Below the pieces are notes generated by a model, which was given only the letters and a program-made list of their open reading frames with translations, ran no database searches and had not been told where the DNA came from. A stretch of 64,000 nt of DNA from Hamiltosporidium tvaerminnensis FI-OER-3-3 (lineage: Eukaryota > Fungi > Microsporidia), in contig CM061247.1 of NCBI GenBank assembly GCA_022605425.2, positions 744,001 through 808,000 on the forward strand. The letters run 5' to 3'. This document shows positions 58,821-64,000 of this stretch, piece by piece. The first letter of the stretch is position 1. The number at the start of each line of letters is the position of its first letter. The position numbers and the translations under genes are program-made.

Positions 58821-61800
58821 CACTACTATAGATTTACTACAATTATTATTTTTATAAACACCAAGAAAAACATTTGCCAATTCAAACATATCATTTCTTA
58901 AAGAAATTACTAAAAATTGTGTATTTTTGGTTTTTTCAACAATAAAATTAGCTATTACACTAACATTTCTATAATCCAATGCTGCATCTATTTCATCCAT
59001 AATATAAAAAGGAGATGGTTTATAACAATGTAAAGCAAATATTAAAGCTAAAGAAGCTAATGTTTTTTCACCTCCACTTAGATTTACAATATTTTTCCAA
59101 CTTTTTTTAGGTGGCATTATACTTAAAATTATACCTTCAGTAAAAGGATTTAAATAATCTACTAATTCTAATTCAGCATTTCCTCCAAAGGTAATTATTC
59201 TGTAAATTTCTTTTAAATTTTTTGTTATTTCATTTAAACCATTCATAAATTCTTCAGTTCGTAGATTTTTTATTTCATTTAATTCATTTTTTATATTTTC
59301 CATTTTCTCTTTAAAATATGTAAATTCACTTTTTATTTTTTCAAATTCTGCTTGTTTGACCTCAAATTCTTCTAAAAGTTTTATGTCCAAATTTCTTGTC
59401 GTAATTTTATTTTCAATATTTTTTATTTTTTTTGATGTTTCCTTAATTAAATCACTCAATTCAATTTCTGAAATATTTTTTAAATCAAAATTAAATATTT
59501 CAATGGTATTTTTACTATTTTTAGTGACAGATGAATTTGTATTCGAAATATTTTCATTCTCTTCTTTGCCATTCTCTTCTTTGATATATTCTTCTTTGAC
59601 ATATTTATCACCTTCACATCTTAGATTCTCACCTTCACATCCTAGACTCTTTCCTTCACCCTCACATCTTAGACTCTCCACTTCAACAATCCATTTAGAA
59701 TAATGTTTCAATTCTTGAATATTTTTTTCTTTCTCATTTTCTAAAACTTTAATTTCTTTTCGTGTTTTTTTAATTTCATCAAAAATATCTTCACTCTTAT
59801 TTCTTAACTCTGCTTCTATATGAAAATCATTTCCTATTTTATCTTTAATTTTTATATATTCATCATTTATAATTTTACAATCATTTAATTTCTCTTTATA
59901 AGTCAATTCTTTATTTTCAATTTTAATTCTAAATTCTTCATAATTTAAAACAGGTTGTAAATTAGAAAATTCTTTTTCTTTATCAAATAAAAATACTCGT
60001 TTTTCATTTATAATATTTGTAAGATCAACATTTTCTTTTAAAAGTAATTCTTGATTTCTTTTTTCAAGTAATTCTATTTTATCAAATAACATTTCAATTT
60101 GACTTTTTTTAAGTTTTACTTCAATTCCTTGAATATCAGAAATATTAGAATTGTATTCGTTAATTTGATTTTTAAATTCAGAAATTTTATTTTCAATTAT
60201 TTCTAAATTATTAGAAATGTCTTTGATTTGATTTGTCATATTTTTTTCACTGGTATGTGATTTTTCAAGCTCTTCTTTCTGAAATTTAGAAATTTTAATT
60301 TCTATTTCCGATATTCGTTTCGAAGAAGTCTCGATTTTTTGTTTGTTGGAATTTATAAGTTTAAATTCATTTGAAAGTTCATTTTTTGTATTTTCCATAC
60401 TTTTTACTGCTTCTTTCAATTGTTTGATTTCAGATTCGTATTTTTGAATTTTTTCTGAAGAAACATTAAAATTTCCTCTTAAATTTCCCTTTTTACTCAT
60501 TAAACCAGTTTTGTCAATAAGCTTGCCATCCAACGTAACTGTTCTTTTTCTTTGAACACCAAAAGATATTTTATTTGCTTCTTCTAAATTATTACAAACG
60601 AGGGTATTTTTCAAAGCAAAATAAAAACATTTTTTTAATTTTTCTTCACATTTAACCAGATTTACCAAATAAGGCACAGATTCTTGAGGTAGTTCAGGAA
60701 TATTTTCAATTCTATCCAAAATAATAAATGTTGTACGAGGTAGATTATTTTTCTTAATAATACCAATACACTTCTCAGCTGTAGAAGTTGTATCTACAAC
60801 AATATTATTTAAAATACCACCACCTGCTGCATTTATTGCTATTTCATATTTCAAATCAATACTTCCAAAATCACCCAACCTTCCAATCACACCTTTCACA
60901 GATTTTATTTTTTCAAAAACTCGATTTTGTTTTTTATTTTTTTCTTCGTGAATTTTAATTTCCTCAAATTTCATAATTCGTTTGTTCAATTCATGATAAG
61001 TTTCCTTCAAATCACTTTCAACTTCTAGTATTTCAGATTCTTTACCAGTAAGTTCTCTTTCTATTAAATCATTATTATTAATTAAATCCATCAATGTATC
61101 TCTTTCATCCAACAATGCTCGATATTCAGTTTCATTTATTTTTCTTTTATCTTTAAAAAAGTTTATTTCATTTTCCAAATATCCTTTTTTTTCTAAAAGT
61201 ATACTTTTCTCTTTCGACATCTCAAAAATATAATTTTCTAATTCTTTCATTTTACATACCAAAGGTTTAATTTTTTTATAATTATTTTTTTCAGATTTTT
61301 GTATTTCATTTTTCAAAGAATCAACACTTTCTTTAAATTCTTTAATTTCATTTTCATTTTCTAATAATTCTCTTTTAATAATTTTATTTTCAGAATCATT
61401 GAGTTTATTTTTAATTTCAAAATCATTTATTTCGGATTTTAAATTGCAAATAATTTTACTCAATCTTTCTTTTTTTTCTTCATAAAAAATATTTTCTTTT
61501 TCAATTTTATTAAATTCTTTTTTTAATGATAAATATTCATTTTCTTCTTTTTTTAATTCCTTTCTACAATTTTGTAAAAGAATTTCTTTTTGATCCAAAA
61601 TTTTTTTATTTTCATAATTTTTACTGTTTATTTCATTTAATTTACTTTTTATTTCTAATCTCTCATTTTCATTTTTTTGTAAATTTCTTTGAAGTTTCTC
61701 TTTCATAAAAAAACAATTTTCATTTTTCTTTTTTAACATTTCAACAATTAAAGAAATTATTTTATCGTTTTCCATTTTCTTTTCATTTATAAAAAAAAAT

Positions 61801-62390
61801 TCTTTTTCACAAAAATTATACAAAGTTTTTTTAGATTCAAATTCTTCCTTACCCACAGAAATTTCATTTTCCAATTTATTTATCTTTTCTACATAACAGG
61901 AATCATTAATAATATCTTCGATATATTCTAATAATCCGTTTGGTTTCATCATTGAAATATTTTCTATTTCTCCTTGTAATATTAAAAATCTATTATTGTT
62001 TAAATCTACACCTTCTTTTGTCATAAATTCATAAATATGTTTTTGATTCACTTCTTGGTTATTAAAGTAATAATTGCTTTTTTTATTAACAAATAATTCT
62101 CTTTTAATACTGAAACTGGTGTTCCCCTTCTTAAAAAATAATTCAACTGAACATGAATTACATTTTGAACCATCATTATAAATCAAATCTGTTAAATTTG
62201 AATGTCTCATTTTTTTTGCTCGAAATCCTAAAACAAATAACATACAATCTATTATATTACTTTTTCCAGATCCATTTGGACCAACAATAGCAGTAAAATG
62301 TGGATCTATGTTATCTATGAAATGAATACCCTTGTAGCTTTTAAAATTTTCCAATTTAATTCCTGACAATACCAATCTTGAATTTTTCAT
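58797..62390 (-). CDS. SMC4: Condensin subunit SMC4
   Basis: NFKSY, VGPNGSGKSNIIDCMLFVLGFRAKKMR, RFLILQGE, hinge (GRLGDFG, RTVTLDG), PPKKSWK, LSGGEKTLASLAL, DEIDAALD. Confidence 0.96.
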   Translation of the reverse strand: MKNSRLVLSGIKLENFKSYKGIHFIDNIDPHFTAIVGPNGSGKSNIIDCMLFVLGFRAKKMRHSNLTDLIYNDGSKCNSCSVELFFKKGNTSFSIKRELFVNKKSNYYFNNQEVNQKHIYEFMTKEGVDLNNNRFLILQGEIENISMMKPNGLLEYIEDIINDSCYVEKINKLENEISVGKEEFESKKTLYNFCEKEFFFINEKKMENDKIISLIVEMLKKKNENCFFMKEKLQRNLQKNENERLEIKSKLNEINSKNYENKKILDQKEILLQNCRKELKKEENEYLSLKKEFNKIEKENIFYEEKKERLSKIICNLKSEINDFEIKNKLNDSENKIIKRELLENENEIKEFKESVDSLKNEIQKSEKNNYKKIKPLVCKMKELENYIFEMSKEKSILLEKKGYLENEINFFKDKRKINETEYRALLDERDTLMDLINNNDLIERELTGKESEILEVESDLKETYHELNKRIMKFEEIKIHEEKNKKQNRVFEKIKSVKGVIGRLGDFGSIDLKYEIAINAAGGGILNNIVVDTTSTAEKCIGIIKKNNLPRTTFIILDRIENIPELPQESVPYLVNLVKCEEKLKKCFYFALKNTLVCNNLEEANKISFGVQRKRTVTLDGKLIDKTGLMSKKGNLRGNFNVSSEKIQKYESEIKQLKEAVKSMENTKNELSNEFKLINSNKQKIETSSKRISEIEIKISKFQKEELEKSHTSEKNMTNQIKDISNNLEIIENKISEFKNQINEYNSNISDIQGIEVKLKKSQIEMLFDKIELLEKRNQELLLKENVDLTNIINEKRVFLFDKEKEFSNLQPVLNYEEFRIKIENKELTYKEKLNDCKIINDEYIKIKDKIGNDFHIEAELRNKSEDIFDEIKKTRKEIKVLENEKEKNIQELKHYSKWIVEVESLRCEGEGKSLGCEGENLRCEGDKYVKEEYIKEENGKEENENISNTNSSVTKNSKNTIEIFNFDLKNISEIELSDLIKETSKKIKNIENKITTRNLDIKLLEEFEVKQAEFEKIKSEFTYFKEKMENIKNELNEIKNLRTEEFMNGLNEITKNLKEIYRIITFGGNAELELVDYLNPFTEGIILSIMPPKKSWKNIVNLSGGEKTLASLALIFALHCYKPSPFYIMDEIDAALDYRNVSVIANFIVEKTKNTQFLVISLRNDMFELANVFLGVYKNNNCSKSIVVNVKSLRC

Positions 62391-62403
62391 GCGTAAGGGG
62401 TTT
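62391..62403 (-). promoter_or_regulatory. CCCC motif just upstream of the SMC4 ATG
   Basis: Minus strand aaaccccttacgcATG. Confidence 0.55.
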
Positions 62404-62948
62404 CAAAATATTTTTATAAAAAAAATTTAAAATTGAATTTCTAAAATATGAATAAATTTTTGGGTTTTTTTTACTTCTTTATTAGCAAAAATTCATATTT
62501 TTTCTGCTTTGTTTTTACATTCTCTGAGACAATAAGCTTATCTTAGATTTACAGATTTTTTTAGAATTAAATTTTACAAACGATTTTTTTAAGAATTTAT
62601 AAAAAAAAACAGAAATTAGAAACAAAAAAATCATAAAAAAGTGATTGGTTGGAACAAATATTAAATTTAATAAACCGATATATAAGTCATAGGTATAAAA
62701 ATTTTAACCTTTCTACTTTTAATACAATAATTATTCAAAGACCGTAAATTTAAATATTTAATTATTTTTTATACTTTTTACATTTTTAGTTATTTGTTCC
62801 AACCAATAACTTTTTTAGGATTTTCAATACTTTATCAGATCCACTATATAGTTTTTAAAGAAAATATAAAGTTGGTGATTCTTTTTAAAAAAAAATTAGA
62901 ATTTTTAATCTTTAAAGTAAATAAAAAAGATTTCTTTAAATTATTAAA

Positions 62949-64000
62949 TTATTTAATGAAATTCTGGGTTAAAATATTTTTACCATTTTTATATGTTTTC
63001 TTCTACCACTTTAACCACTTTTGTCTCTTCTTCCAGATCCGACTCTTCATTTATGTTATTGGTCGGTTCCTCGAAAGTGGTTCCTCCTTGTAAAATAAAG
63101 GGTGCTTTATTTTTTGGTTTAAAATTTTTTGCACCATTTTCCTCTCTCTTTTCTTCTTTTAAAGGTGGGGTTTGTTCCTCATGCATCTCTGTTCTCATAA
63201 TAACATCCATTGACGCTCTCTCCCAGCTCTCTTAGGCATTTAGTCCTGACTCAAGTCCTCTTCGTCGATCAAAGGAAATTGTTTTGACTGCCTTCTTAAG
63301 TACTATAGACTGAATTTATGCCTCTACATACATGGGTATTTCTAGTCTTTTAAGGTGTGATCTATGGTATTTTGTCACAATACCGTCCCAGGTCATCACA
63401 TAAGGGATTATCTCAACACTACATTTATAAATAAGACCCAACTCATTGGCTAGCAGGTCATACTTCCTAAGTTTTTCAGTTTCAACTATTTGAAGTGAAT
63501 TTTGGGAAGTGATTCCTACTTAAATGAGTGTTATCCTATTCTTCTTCTTATCTAAAATAAATATGTCCGGTCTGTTATTCCGAATTTTAACATCAGTTTT
63601 AATTCTGGTGTCCACTCTTATCTCTGCATACTCATTATCAAGAATTTCTTGAACTGAGTGACTCTTAATTCGTTTTGAAGACTTAAACTTATATCTATTT
63701 AGAAGAAGTAAGTGTAGGCATCTAACCACTTTCTTATGCCGTCTGGTGTAGTCATGGCCTAGCATTTTTTCAAATCTAGTTGCTAGATGATCTACAGTCT
63801 TACCAGACTTCCCGCAATGTTGACACACACCATCTGCTCCCCAGAATACATTTCTATCCTGGGTATAGCAGAACACAGCTTTATTTCGTGGCCTAATATT
63901 TCCTCTCTTTAGCCATCTTGAAGAGTCACTAACACTCACAAGCTCATTTTTTCTTGCATTATATAACTTTGAATGGAGTTTTCGTTTTTCTATTTCGTTA
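62949..64000 (-). mobile_element. R4/Dong-like retrotransposon E5, subfamily A, 3' part (runs off the window), defective
   Basis: RLE domain with TAA at 63520-63522, knuckle C->F change, tail like E4, terminal motif at 62949. Confidence 0.93.

Noticed and set aside
48123-63522. Stop-codon reassignment (TAA/TAG read as Glu) suggested by repeated GAA/GAG->stop changes
   Set aside because: Sister copies keep the sense codon, and intact genes such as DHH1 end in TAA followed by a poly(A) signal; these are nonsense mutations.
1-64000. rRNA, tRNA and CRISPR arrays
   Set aside because: None recognised by eye; tRNAscan-SE and Infernal were not run.

Overview
Very AT-rich, intron-poor eukaryotic DNA that reads like a large-genome microsporidian (inferred from short intronless genes, CCC motifs just upstream of start codons and the TE content). 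Core genes are NOB1, DHH1/DDX6, a DUF2415-type WD40 protein and SMC4. Accessory genes are two paralogous kinases with hydrophobic N-termini (one a frameshifted pseudokinase), two paralogous secreted-looking proteins of unknown function and one decayed membrane-anchored gene. About a third of the window is one family of R4/Dong-type (RT plus restriction-like endonuclease, RLE) non-LTR retrotransposons: five young copies and several old remnants. Full-length copies start essentially at their ATG, end about 35-40 nt after the stop, and show mosaic exchange between two subfamilies. Also present are a Merlin/ISXO2-like transposase relic, RTE-derived fragments and many short tandem duplications. The least explained signal is a dispersed non-coding family. 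Four copies of about 700 bp share the same ends (GGAGGGAGGATAACC head, AATAAA tail in three) and conserved, partly covarying RNA helices, and four shorter relatives share the head. All alignments and pairings were done by eye and need computational confirmation.
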